From Candidatus Poribacteria bacterium (GTDB lineage: Bacteria > Poribacteria > WGA-4E > WGA-3G), in assembly GCA_965198235.1 (NCBI GenBank), contig OZ240248.1, positions 3,392,001 through 3,456,000 of the forward strand: a stretch of 64,000 bases of DNA. The letters are read 5' to 3'. The notes under the pieces were generated by a model. That model was not told the origin of the DNA and did no database searches. It saw only the letters and a list, made by a program, of their open reading frames with translations. Shown here piece after piece: positions 39,709-49,052 of this stretch. Each line of letters begins with the position of its first letter. Within the stretch, counting starts at the first letter, position 1. The position numbers and the translations under genes are program-made.

Positions 39709-40686
39709 ATGCAACAAAGTCCAGCTATCGGACGCTCATTTTTAGATCCAGCAATCCTTGCTCGAATCGGGAATCTTGAATTGATTGCAAAATTCGTCGT
39801 TGAAGGCTTTATCTCCGGACTCCACAAAAGTCCGTATCATGGGTTCAGTGTCGAGTTCTCGCAATACAGACAATATATGCCCGGAGACGATACCAAACAT
39901 ATAGATTGGAAAGCCTACGCTCGCACTGACCGTTACTATATCAAGCAATTTGAGGAGGAAACTAATCTCAATTGCTACCTCCTTTTGGATGCAAGCGAGT
40001 CTATGTTGCATCCAAGAGATGAGGCGCAGGTGGAGGATCCGACTATAGAGGAGAGTGGAACAGGGCAAAAACTAACAAAGTTGCGATACGCAAGTTTCCT
40101 CATTGCATCCCTCGCCTATTTTATGGCGAAGCAGCGGGATGCTGTTGGGTTTGCGTACTTTGATGATACACTTCGCCAATACCTACCCGCTCGAAGTAGC
40201 ACATCGCACTTGCACTCGATCTTGCTCACGTTGGAGACGCTGCAAACCGCAAAAAGTACACGGATGGGGATGCCCTTGCATCAAATCGCAGAACGTCTAA
40301 CCAAGCGCGGCTTAGTCCTCTTCGTCTCCGACCTCTACGATGAAAATCAGGCAGAAGTTGTTGAGGGTTTAGAGCATCTCAGATATGAGGGACATGAGGT
40401 CATCGTCTTTCATGTTCTTGCACATCAGGAACTTGCATTTGCTGACTTTGAGGCAGGAAGGAGCGCAGAAGCACTTATCCGTTTTATTGATTCAGAAAAT
40501 GATGCTGAGATTATCACAACGCCGCAAGCGATTCAGGAGAGTTATTTGAATAATTTCAACGAATTTCTTGATACTTATAGGCTCGCGCTGCGGCAATCCG
40601 GTATTGATTATAACATGATAACAACAGCAACACCGATTGATTTAGCCCTGGCATCCTATCTCGCTAAGCGTCAAGGAGTCCTTTGA
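39709..40686 (+). CDS. DUF58 domain protein (MoxR-associated)
   Basis: GLHKSPYHGFSVEFSQYRQY, IDWKAYARTDRYYIKQFEEETN. Confidence 0.92.
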   Translation: MQQSPAIGRSFLDPAILARIGNLELIAKFVVEGFISGLHKSPYHGFSVEFSQYRQYMPGDDTKHIDWKAYARTDRYYIKQFEEETNLNCYLLLDASESMLHPRDEAQVEDPTIEESGTGQKLTKLRYASFLIASLAYFMAKQRDAVGFAYFDDTLRQYLPARSSTSHLHSILLTLETLQTAKSTRMGMPLHQIAERLTKRGLVLFVSDLYDENQAEVVEGLEHLRYEGHEVIVFHVLAHQELAFADFEAGRSAEALIRFIDSENDAEIITTPQAIQESYLNNFNEFLDTYRLALRQSGIDYNMITTATPIDLALASYLAKRQGVL

Positions 40687-40826
40687 TTTGCTAACGAGAA
40701 ATCGGATGGGTAAGGGCTTGCGGGCCGAAAACTCTTAGGAATTGCACAGGTCCTTGTCTCGGTTGGAATTAATCGAAAACCATCATGGAACGTAGTGGAA
40801 CGATGAGCATTTGCACATAATTAAAA

Positions 40827-42974
40827 ATGTTTGGATTAGGAATTTTAGCTCCTTTATTCGCGGTAGCAGGTATTATAGGTGCCTCAATTCCACTCATCTT
40901 GCATCTGTTGAACCGGGAACGTGCGAGGCGATTGGTGTTCGGCACCATCCGTTTCATCCAGATGTCGCATCAGACAAACGTGAGACGGCATAAGTTGAAA
41001 CGGTTACTGCTTCTGCTAATGCGTATTCTGATATTGGCACTGCTCGGCTTTGCATTTGCGCGACCATTCTTCGCCGAAGCCCCAGTCATTGCACAGAAAA
41101 CAGGTGGAAAACGAAACGCAATTGTTATTCTGGATACCTCCTATAGTATGCAGTATGAGAAGATATTCCAGAACGCAAAAAGGGAGGGTATCAAAATTCT
41201 TGATGGGCTTGATGCAACTGATGCCGCTTGTCTTATTCTTTCTTCGGACAATGCCCGTGTCGTTGCACCACTCGGTTCAGAGTTCTCACACATTAGGGCT
41301 GCTTTGAACGATGCGGAAGCCACTTACGAACCTACAGACTATTTGGATGCACTGCAAACCGCTGACGAAATACTTGAGTCTATTCCTATCGGTGAAAAAC
41401 AGATTTATGTGATTGCGGATATGCAAAAGCGGGGATGGGAAAACTTCATTGAAACAGACAAACTCAACCCTGATGTCCAAATTCAGTTTATTGATGTCCA
41501 TCCTGAGCAACCGCACAATTTCGCGATAACAGATCTCAATGTACCGCCTGTTGTCCTGAAGGAACAGGAAGCGTCATATCTGGTTGCACGCGTCCGTAAT
41601 TTCAGCGATGAGGCGGTTGAGAATCTACCAGTTCGTCTGTTCATAGATGGAAATATGATTCACACTATCCAGCTCGACATTGAGCCGGACGACCTCGCGG
41701 ATACTGTCTTCAGGGTCGACTTTCAAGACGAGGCGACGCATACAGGTTGGGTTGAGCTGCCTGAAGATGCACTTGGGGTTGACAACAAACGCTATTTCAC
41801 TTTACAAAGTCTGCGGTCAATCAAGGTTCATGCGGTCAGTGACAAACCACGGACGCGAAACCGCTATCAGACCATGGAAACGTTTTTCATGAAAATGGCA
41901 TTTACAGCAGGTAGTGATGCGGTGCCTATTGATTTTACGGAATCGAATTCGGTGCCGGGTGCGGCGACACTCAATCGCACTGATGTTCTGGTGCTTGCCG
42001 ATGTAGCACAACTCTCTTCCGACGAAGCTGGACGTGTGGCGGCTTATGTTGCTTCAGGCGGTGGATTGATTGTGACAGTGGGTGATAATATAGACACTGA
42101 TGTCTATGAACAGCGTCTTGGTGGTGAGATAGGTTTGATGCCTTGTAACTTCGTCCGACCCGCTGGCGACGCTTTTGATCGGCAGCAGTTCCGCGTCCTT
42201 GCGACAGTGAAGTACGAACATCCGATTTTCGCTCCGTTCAAGGAACCGAACCATGGCGATTTTGGTAAGGCGCGGTTTTATAGAATTTTTCAGGCGGTTC
42301 CAACGGCAAATGCGACCGTCATTGCTGCTTATGATGATGGCAGTCCTGCCCTCTTTGAAAAGCCTTACGGAAACCTCGGGCGTGTGCTTTGCTTTACCTC
42401 AACGATAGACCGAGAATGGAATGATTTACCGATTCGCGCCGTTTACCTGCCGTTCCTGCATGAATCTATTAAGTATCTTGCACTTAAAGACGTAGAAACC
42501 ATGCCCGATTACCGCGTCGGAGACTATATAGAACTGAAGGTTTCCGAAACTGAGAATGAGAACATAACGGCGAGCAGAGAGATCGCCATCTTCAATCCAA
42601 ACAACGTTGAGACGCGCTTGGGACGAAACAAAGATGTTACGCCTACAGCAGAGGATACTCCACAAAGCAGTGTCTTATATACAGACACGGCAATACCCGG
42701 TATCTATTCAGTTCATAGGTCTGGCACAGAAGTTACGGACTACTTTGTAGTCAACGTTGATACCACTGAGTCCGATCTTGCAGCGCGCGATGTTGAGGAA
42801 CTCGCAAGTATGCTGAAAGGCGCAGCGGATGAATTAGTCGAGGATAAAGCTACGGCTGAACTCGTGGCGCAATACAATGAAGATGTAGAGAGGAATCAAA
42901 ACGTATGGATCTATCTCATGTTAGTCGTTTTTGCTTTAGCAATAACTGAGATGTTCCTCGCTAACCGTGTTTAA
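40827..42974 (+). CDS. BatA/vWA domain membrane protein
   Basis: PLILHLL, FARP, MIDAS DTSYSM, DNKRY, ESDL, C-terminal TM. Confidence 0.88.
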   Translation: MFGLGILAPLFAVAGIIGASIPLILHLLNRERARRLVFGTIRFIQMSHQTNVRRHKLKRLLLLLMRILILALLGFAFARPFFAEAPVIAQKTGGKRNAIVILDTSYSMQYEKIFQNAKREGIKILDGLDATDAACLILSSDNARVVAPLGSEFSHIRAALNDAEATYEPTDYLDALQTADEILESIPIGEKQIYVIADMQKRGWENFIETDKLNPDVQIQFIDVHPEQPHNFAITDLNVPPVVLKEQEASYLVARVRNFSDEAVENLPVRLFIDGNMIHTIQLDIEPDDLADTVFRVDFQDEATHTGWVELPEDALGVDNKRYFTLQSLRSIKVHAVSDKPRTRNRYQTMETFFMKMAFTAGSDAVPIDFTESNSVPGAATLNRTDVLVLADVAQLSSDEAGRVAAYVASGGGLIVTVGDNIDTDVYEQRLGGEIGLMPCNFVRPAGDAFDRQQFRVLATVKYEHPIFAPFKEPNHGDFGKARFYRIFQAVPTANATVIAAYDDGSPALFEKPYGNLGRVLCFTSTIDREWNDLPIRAVYLPFLHESIKYLALKDVETMPDYRVGDYIELKVSETENENITASREIAIFNPNNVETRLGRNKDVTPTAEDTPQSSVLYTDTAIPGIYSVHRSGTEVTDYFVVNVDTTESDLAARDVEELASMLKGAADELVEDKATAELVAQYNEDVERNQNVWIYLMLVVFALAITEMFLANRV

Positions 42975-43058
42975 TCCCGACACACCGCTGGTGAGGTTTC
43001 CGAACCTCGCCAACAACGTGTTTAGATTTTTAATTGGTATGCTCCGCGATAAAGCATC

Positions 43059-43180
43059 GTTGCAGAAAGCCACCTTTAGTTCAGTGGATTGTGGAATCAA
43101 CAAAGGTTGCTTGCTTGGCAAGTCTGACACCTTCTCCGCCAGCAGACAATACCCTGCCTGCAGCACCTTTTCAAGTGATA
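43059..43180 (-). ncRNA. Candidate orphan structured RNA (IS110 non-coding-end-like)
   Basis: Promoter TTACCA-N17-TACAAT (43186-43214); closing stem TGCAG/CTGCA around two stem-loops with large loops. Confidence 0.45.
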
Positions 43181-43311
43181 TGAATATTGTAACACACATA
43201 CAAGAAAATGGTAAGTTTTTTCATACCGCAAACCGTAGCGCAAACTTTTAGTTTGCGGCACCGTATGGAAGCCCTTGAGCAAGCGATAACCAGGAGGCCA
43301 TAATTAGAAAA

Positions 43312-44229
43312 ATGAACTTTGAACCGAATGCACCGATTGAAGTGCCACAAATTGTGTCCGATGATCAAATCCAATTTTTTATCGACAATGGGTATCTTGT
43401 TGTCCCAGATTTGCTGTCTCTGGATGAGATAGAGGAGTTGCGGCAGGATACTGTTACGCTTGCCAAAGGTGGGCACCCGTGCGAGAGTCTCCAACCGCTT
43501 TCTGAGGATGTCAGCGATGACGAAGCCATTGGACGTATCCTTTGCATTCATCAACCGCATTTCGTCAGTCCTGTTATTGAGCAGTACGTCAAGCACCCGA
43601 AAATCTGTGGTATTCTGAGCCAGATAGCTGCTGCGCATCTTCCGCATTGGGATGGAAGCGTTAAGTGTATGCAGTCTATGCTCTTCATCAAACCGCCGAA
43701 TTTCCAAGGTCAAGCGTGGCATCAGGACGAGATTTACATTCCTACACGCGATCGTTCCTTGATTGGTGCTTGGATAGCGATGGACGACGCTACGGTTGAA
43801 AATGGGTGTTTGTGGATTCTACCGGGTTCGCATCGCCGAGGCTATCTCTATCCGCAGAGATCTCATGAAAATCCCGATGAGTTTGACTTTGCGGAGGAGA
43901 GTTACGGCTTTGATGACACAGGTGAGGTTCCGGTTGAAGTTAAAACTGGCGCGTTGGTTTTCTTCAACGGGTATCTGCTTCATCGGTCGCGTAAGAACCG
44001 TGGTGATACCTACCGCAGGGTTCTGGTGAACCATTACTGTAATGCTTGGTCGTTGTTGCCTTGGTCAGTTCAAGATGGAGAACGTCCCGCAAGTGCTGAT
44101 CGACGATGCATCATCCCTGTTTCTGGGGTCGATCCTTATGCGTGGAAAGGTTACGATGCACCGCCTAAGAATGTTTCCCTGCGAACTTGCCAAGCTGTTC
44201 GGCAAATGGAGGCATCGGATGCAGACTGA
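43312..44229 (+). CDS. PhyH family dioxygenase
   Basis: QSMLFIKPP, WHQD, ENGCLWILPGSH, LHRS. Confidence 0.92.
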   Translation: MNFEPNAPIEVPQIVSDDQIQFFIDNGYLVVPDLLSLDEIEELRQDTVTLAKGGHPCESLQPLSEDVSDDEAIGRILCIHQPHFVSPVIEQYVKHPKICGILSQIAAAHLPHWDGSVKCMQSMLFIKPPNFQGQAWHQDEIYIPTRDRSLIGAWIAMDDATVENGCLWILPGSHRRGYLYPQRSHENPDEFDFAEESYGFDDTGEVPVEVKTGALVFFNGYLLHRSRKNRGDTYRRVLVNHYCNAWSLLPWSVQDGERPASADRRCIIPVSGVDPYAWKGYDAPPKNVSLRTCQAVRQMEASDAD

Positions 44230-44431
44230 ACTTTTCTCCCAGCTCAGGCAAGCGTTAGAGACGATGCTATCGCGGATCAAGGCTGGCGAAGACATATTGG
44301 AACAGTTGGAACAAATTGACGCGTTGCATCAGGAACTCGCGCCGGCGGAAACCCCCAAAAACTTACTGCACTATCTTGAGCGGAAAAGTTACACAAAAGC
44401 GTTGGCGCTGCTCGAAACCTCTTCTAAATAA
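44219..44431 (+). CDS. Small helical hypothetical protein
   Basis: MQTELFSQL..LLHYLERKSYTKALALL; overlaps the PhyH stop and fills the gap. Confidence 0.65.
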   Translation: MQTELFSQLRQALETMLSRIKAGEDILEQLEQIDALHQELAPAETPKNLLHYLERKSYTKALALLETSSK

Positions 44432-44488
44432 TTGGTACTTGGAACTGCGCCCAGAGGCCACAATCCATAAAAAATAGGAAAGAGAAAT

Positions 44489-45250
44489 ATGGAAACCAGA
44501 GAGGATGGACGCGGACCAGATGAACTGCGCCCCGTCACAATCAAACGACACTATATCAAACACGCCGAAGGCTCTGTGCTCGTTGCGACAGGGGACACCC
44601 GCGTTATATGCACTGCTTCTGTGATTGACCAACAGCCGCGTTTCATGCGTACCCAGCGTATCAGAGGTAAGGGATGGGTAACGGCGGAGTACTCCATGTT
44701 ACCCCGCTCTACTTCTGAACGGATGCAACGTGAGGCAACCCGTGGTGGTGTCAGTGGGAGAACACAGGAGATCCAACGCCTTATCGGTCGTTCCTTGCGT
44801 GCCGCTGTAGATTTATATGTCTTGGAAGAGCGGACAGTTTGGGTTGATTGCGATGTCATTCAGGCTGATGGTGGGACACGCACCGCATCCATTACAGGTG
44901 CTTTTATTGCACTCTGGGATGCCTGTCAACAGCTCGTTAAAAGCAAGAGAATTAAAAATTTTCCCATTACCGACAACATTGCCGCTACAAGTGTCGGACT
45001 TATCAACGGTCAACCGATGTTAGACCTCTGCTACACGGAAGATTCGTCGGCGGATGTTGATATGAACATTGTTATGACAGGGAGCGGAGAATTTATAGAG
45101 ATACAAGGCACTGCAGAAGAAAAGCCCTTTTCGCGTGCCGACTATGACCAAATGCTGGACCTCGCCGTTGGAGGTATACAGCAACTCATCCGGCTCCAAA
45201 ATCGGATGATGTTGGAGAATTTAGATGAAGCTCGTATTGGCGACGCGTAA
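44489..45250 (+). CDS. rph: Ribonuclease PH
   Basis: [43 protein letters not shown]. Confidence 0.97.
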   Translation: METREDGRGPDELRPVTIKRHYIKHAEGSVLVATGDTRVICTASVIDQQPRFMRTQRIRGKGWVTAEYSMLPRSTSERMQREATRGGVSGRTQEIQRLIGRSLRAAVDLYVLEERTVWVDCDVIQADGGTRTASITGAFIALWDACQQLVKSKRIKNFPITDNIAATSVGLINGQPMLDLCYTEDSSADVDMNIVMTGSGEFIEIQGTAEEKPFSRADYDQMLDLAVGGIQQLIRLQNRMMLENLDEARIGDA

Positions 45251-45821
45251 CCAAGGCAAGGTGAGAGAACTCACAAACATGCTCTACGGTGAAGCGAGTT
45301 CCAAGCAACAGATCGAAGTTATCTCTTTGGAAAATTATCCAGATGCCCCAGAGGTGGTTGAGGATGGGAAAACGTATATGGAGAATGCTATTAAGAAGGC
45401 ATCTATTATTGCTAAGTATACGTCCCATCTTACTCTTGCTGACGATGCCGGGTTGGAGGTCGATGCTCTCAACGGTGCACCAGGCATTAACTCCAAACGC
45501 TGGGCAGGTGAAGACGCAACGGATGATATTCGGATTGCGAAACTCCTTCAGGCACTTGAAGGTGTCGTCAATCGGCGGGCACGATTCATCGCTGCGATTG
45601 TGGTGGTACATCCAAATTCCAAACCTGAAGGAGTTCTTGGTGTTTGTGAAGGACACATCAGGCATGATCCTGTGGGAGAGAGCGGCTTCGGTTATGATCC
45701 CGTGTTTATGCCTGACGGCTATAATCAGACTTTCGCAGAATTAGGGGAAGAAATAAAAAACCGGATGAGTCACAGAGCAAAGGCATTGGAACAGGCAATT
45801 GCTTTTTTAAACTACTTTTAA
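45225..45821 (+). CDS. rdgB: Non-canonical purine NTP pyrophosphatase (Ham1)
   Basis: [23 protein letters not shown]. Confidence 0.96.
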   Translation: MKLVLATRNQGKVRELTNMLYGEASSKQQIEVISLENYPDAPEVVEDGKTYMENAIKKASIIAKYTSHLTLADDAGLEVDALNGAPGINSKRWAGEDATDDIRIAKLLQALEGVVNRRARFIAAIVVVHPNSKPEGVLGVCEGHIRHDPVGESGFGYDPVFMPDGYNQTFAELGEEIKNRMSHRAKALEQAIAFLNYF

Positions 45822-45967
45822 TTTATTGGCACCTGGGCGTTGTTCCACTACGTTCCACAACGGTTCTCGGTTAATTCCGATCCCCTTTGAACAGTGAGAG
45901 GGCATTCAACTTTACCAAAACCACTACGAAATGTAATGGAGCACAGCCCAGGAGGCCATTTAAAAAA
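45816..45967. mobile_element. MITE-like element with long imperfect terminal arms
   Basis: Arms TTTTAA..TGG..CCTGGGC-hairpin-GGTT..GGTTAA in inverted orientation; related arms at 5345, 26555, 30000, 32520, 40768, 58255 and 58600. Confidence 0.65.
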
Positions 45968-46145
45968 TGGTTTCCGGTTAAGTCCAGCGGGAGTAGGAAG
46001 ATGAGTGATTATCAAGAGAAAAAAAAAGAAGTGATGGCAGCCTGCATTCTCACTGCGAAGCAGGCGCAGGCGGTTCTTCAGCGAAAACTGGTATGGAGCC
46101 AATCGCTGGATTTAACGCTTTGCGAATCATTTAAAAGAGGAGAAA

Positions 46146-46703
46146 ATGGCAGCACTTAACGATTTACGCAATGGGTTGGTTATCCGACTCAACGATGCGA
46201 TTTACACCATAGTTAACTGTGAGCATGTCAAGCCAGGGAAAGGTGGTGCCTTCGCACGAACCAAAATCAAACGTGTTTCCGACGGTGCCGTCTTGGATAG
46301 GACGTTTCGTTCCAACGAAAATGTCGAAACCGTCAGAGTCATGGACCACCAGATGCAGTATATGTACCGAGATGGTGAGGCGTTGTGGTTTATGGACAAT
46401 GAAACATTTGAACAACACACACTCCCTGTAGATCTCATTGGAGATGGCTTGAAGTTCCTAAAGGAAGGTGAAACTGTCACCGTCAAAATGGAAGGGGTAA
46501 TCCCACTTACTGTTGAACTTCCAAACTTCGTTGCGCTTCAGATTGTTGAGACCGACCCAGGATTACGGGGTGATACTGTCAGTGGCGGTTCGAAGCGCGC
46601 CACACTTGAAACGGGTGGTGTCGTTAATGTGCCTTTGTTTGTTCAGAACGAAACGCGTATCAAAGTTGACACGCGCACCGGAAAATATGTAGAAAGGATA
46701 TAG
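46146..46703 (+). CDS. efp: Elongation factor P
   Basis: HVKPGKGGAF, PGLRGDT, VPLFV, DTRTGKYVER. Confidence 0.98.
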   Translation: MAALNDLRNGLVIRLNDAIYTIVNCEHVKPGKGGAFARTKIKRVSDGAVLDRTFRSNENVETVRVMDHQMQYMYRDGEALWFMDNETFEQHTLPVDLIGDGLKFLKEGETVTVKMEGVIPLTVELPNFVALQIVETDPGLRGDTVSGGSKRATLETGGVVNVPLFVQNETRIKVDTRTGKYVERI

Positions 46704-46808
46704 TCGCCAGCGGTTATCGGCTATCGGCTTTTAGCAAGGGGCTTGAGCACATCAGAGTCCTTTTGCTGACGGCTGACGGCTGATTGCTAATAGCCACTAA
46801 AAAGAGAA

Positions 46809-47327
46809 ATGCGTCAAAACAGGTCCAAGGATAAATCTCAATCTGCTGAACAAAACTACAGTGATGTCTTAGAAATTGTTGAACAGTTGGCGGAAATTCT
46901 TGTCCGCACCGACCTTTCGGAAGTCCGCATCCGGGATAACGAGTTTGAAGTGCAGGTTTCCAGGCATCGTGGGAATCCCGATGGATATGAACAGACTCCA
47001 CTCCGACCGGCAGAGACGAACGTAGCAGTGGGTGCGCCGCAGCTTCCTGTAGAGAACCCTGATACCGAAGGTGGCTCGGAAGCGCATAATGCATTCATCA
47101 GTGCACCTATGCCCTCGCGCTTCTACCGTTCCCCCGCACCTGATGAACCGTCCTTTGTTAAAGTTGGGGATATAGTCGCAATGGGTGAACCCATTGCCGT
47201 CCTTGAAGTCATGAAAACTTACAATCCCGTGGAAGCACCGTTTAACTGTGAGATTTTAGAGATTCTCGCTGAAGATGGCGAAGCGGTTGAATATGCACAA
47301 CCGCTGTTCCGAGTGAGGCAGACATAG
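46809..47327 (+). CDS. accB: Acetyl-CoA carboxylase biotin carboxyl carrier protein
   Basis: FYRSPAPD, EVMK biotinylation site, VEYAQPLF. Confidence 0.92.
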   Translation: MRQNRSKDKSQSAEQNYSDVLEIVEQLAEILVRTDLSEVRIRDNEFEVQVSRHRGNPDGYEQTPLRPAETNVAVGAPQLPVENPDTEGGSEAHNAFISAPMPSRFYRSPAPDEPSFVKVGDIVAMGEPIAVLEVMKTYNPVEAPFNCEILEILAEDGEAVEYAQPLFRVRQT

Positions 47328-47451
47328 GGAATAGCAGTCAGTGGTCAGCAGTCAGCGGTCAGCAAGAGGGCATTGTGGCGGACAAAACGTCTGTAACTGC
47401 CACACGTTCTACTGACAGCCGACGGCTGATAGCCGATAGCCAATAAAGAAC

Positions 47452-48813
47452 ATGATAAAAAAAATACTGATAGCAAATCGCGGTGAAATCGCTGTCCGCA
47501 TCATCCGTGCCTGCAAAGATATGGGAATTAAAACGGTAGCGATCTATTCAACCGCTGATGAAGATGCACTACACGTTAAATACGCTGACGATGCCTATTG
47601 TATTGGTCCACCGCCTTCAACTGAGAGTTATCTCAAATACTCCAATATTATCACTGTTGCGGATTATGCGAATGTCAACGCAATCCATCCCGGAGCGGGT
47701 TTCCTTGCTGAGGACGCGCAATTTGCGGAAATTTGTGAGGCACATCAGATAAAGTTTATCGGACCCTCCGTCGCAAATATCGCCACGATGGGTGACAAAG
47801 TGAAGGCACGCGAAACTGTGGCAAAAGCGGGACTGAAACTCGTACCCGGCAGTCAGAGCGGTAGACGTAAAAATAGCAAAAAAGGAACAGTTGACACCGC
47901 CGAGGATGCCGCGCAGCTCGCTGAGAAAATCGGGTATCCTATCGGGATCAAAGCCGTGGCAGGTGGTGGCGGTCGCGGCATCCGAATCGCCGAAAATCAG
48001 CCGAGCCTACTTAATCTTTTTCACACTGCGAAGGCAGAGGGTGAGGCGGCTTTTGGTAATGGGGATGTCTACATTGAAAAATGGATTGAAGAAGCACGAC
48101 ATATTGAAGTCCAAATTCTTGGAGATACCCACGGCAACGTTGTTCATTTGGGGGAACGCGAGTGCTCTATCCAGCGGAAACAACAGAAACTCTTGGAAGA
48201 AGCACCTGCCGCCTCGATTCCATCTAAACTTCGCAACGAGATCTGTAAAGCCGCCGCAAAAGCCGCAAAAGCGATCGGCTACATAAATGCTGGGACCATT
48301 GAATTTGTAGTGGATAAAGATGAGAATTTCTATTTCTTAGAAATGAATACACGGATTCAAGTTGAGCATACTGTCACTGAGAGTATAACCGGCATTGATC
48401 TCATCAAAGAACAGATTCGACTCGCCATGGGGGATCAACTCGGATATAACCAATCTGATATTCAGATTCAAGGACATGCGATTGAATGCAGAATTAATGC
48501 CGAAGATCCAGCAAATCAGTTCATGCCTTCACCAGGGCTCGTCACAGTCTACCATCCTCCCGGCGGCATCGGTATTCGGATTGATGGGTATCTCTACACG
48601 GGGTATACTGTCCCCTCGCACTACGATTCACTCGTGGCGAAACTCATCGCGACTGGCAGGGATCGGGAAGAGGCGATTGCACGGTTGAAACGCGCATTGT
48701 CTGAATTCGAAATTGAAGGTATTAAGACCACGATTCCGCTCTTCCAGAATATCCTCAACGATGAACGCTTTCGCAACGGAACCATTTTTACCAATTTCTT
48801 AGAAACGTCATAG
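47452..48813 (+). CDS. accC: Biotin carboxylase
   Basis: ILIANRGEIA, GGGGRG, ERECSIQR, EMNTRIQVEH, ECRINAED. Confidence 0.97.
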   Translation: MIKKILIANRGEIAVRIIRACKDMGIKTVAIYSTADEDALHVKYADDAYCIGPPPSTESYLKYSNIITVADYANVNAIHPGAGFLAEDAQFAEICEAHQIKFIGPSVANIATMGDKVKARETVAKAGLKLVPGSQSGRRKNSKKGTVDTAEDAAQLAEKIGYPIGIKAVAGGGGRGIRIAENQPSLLNLFHTAKAEGEAAFGNGDVYIEKWIEEARHIEVQILGDTHGNVVHLGERECSIQRKQQKLLEEAPAASIPSKLRNEICKAAAKAAKAIGYINAGTIEFVVDKDENFYFLEMNTRIQVEHTVTESITGIDLIKEQIRLAMGDQLGYNQSDIQIQGHAIECRINAEDPANQFMPSPGLVTVYHPPGGIGIRIDGYLYTGYTVPSHYDSLVAKLIATGRDREEAIARLKRALSEFEIEGIKTTIPLFQNILNDERFRNGTIFTNFLETS

Positions 48814-49052
48814 TACCCAAACCCCAAAGGGTTGGGCTCGTGCTTCATCGCAGTCTGCCTTCCGAAGAAGGTCTTACGTCTGCTCCACAACGGGATACTA
48901 AGCAGCCCGCGCTCATAGAGAGCCTTACTATTTTTTCAGAGCGCGTTTTGTCGGATCGGGTGTTTTACTTCCTCGCATCCATTACACGCAAAGCACCCCT
49001 TCTGGACCCTACACTACACAGGTATTCTAACATTTTTGACACTTTTTGTTAA
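48807..49052 (-). ncRNA. Orphan TnpB omegaRNA/IS200-IS605 right-end-like locus with its own promoter
   Basis: TGTGGAG..GTAAGACC..GGC..CGATGAAGCACGAG-hairpin-TACTATGAC; cUUCGg tetraloop; promoter TTAACA-N17-TAGAAT. Confidence 0.65.

Noticed and set aside
42624-42646. Possible REP remnant (GAAACAAAGATGTTACGCCTAC) inside the BatA gene
   Set aside because: The stem is short and imperfect and there is no second copy in the window to confirm it.
45816-46136. Integron attC cassette array
   Set aside because: There is no consistent RYYYAAC..GTTRRRY pairing and no integrase, and the flanking genes are core housekeeping genes.
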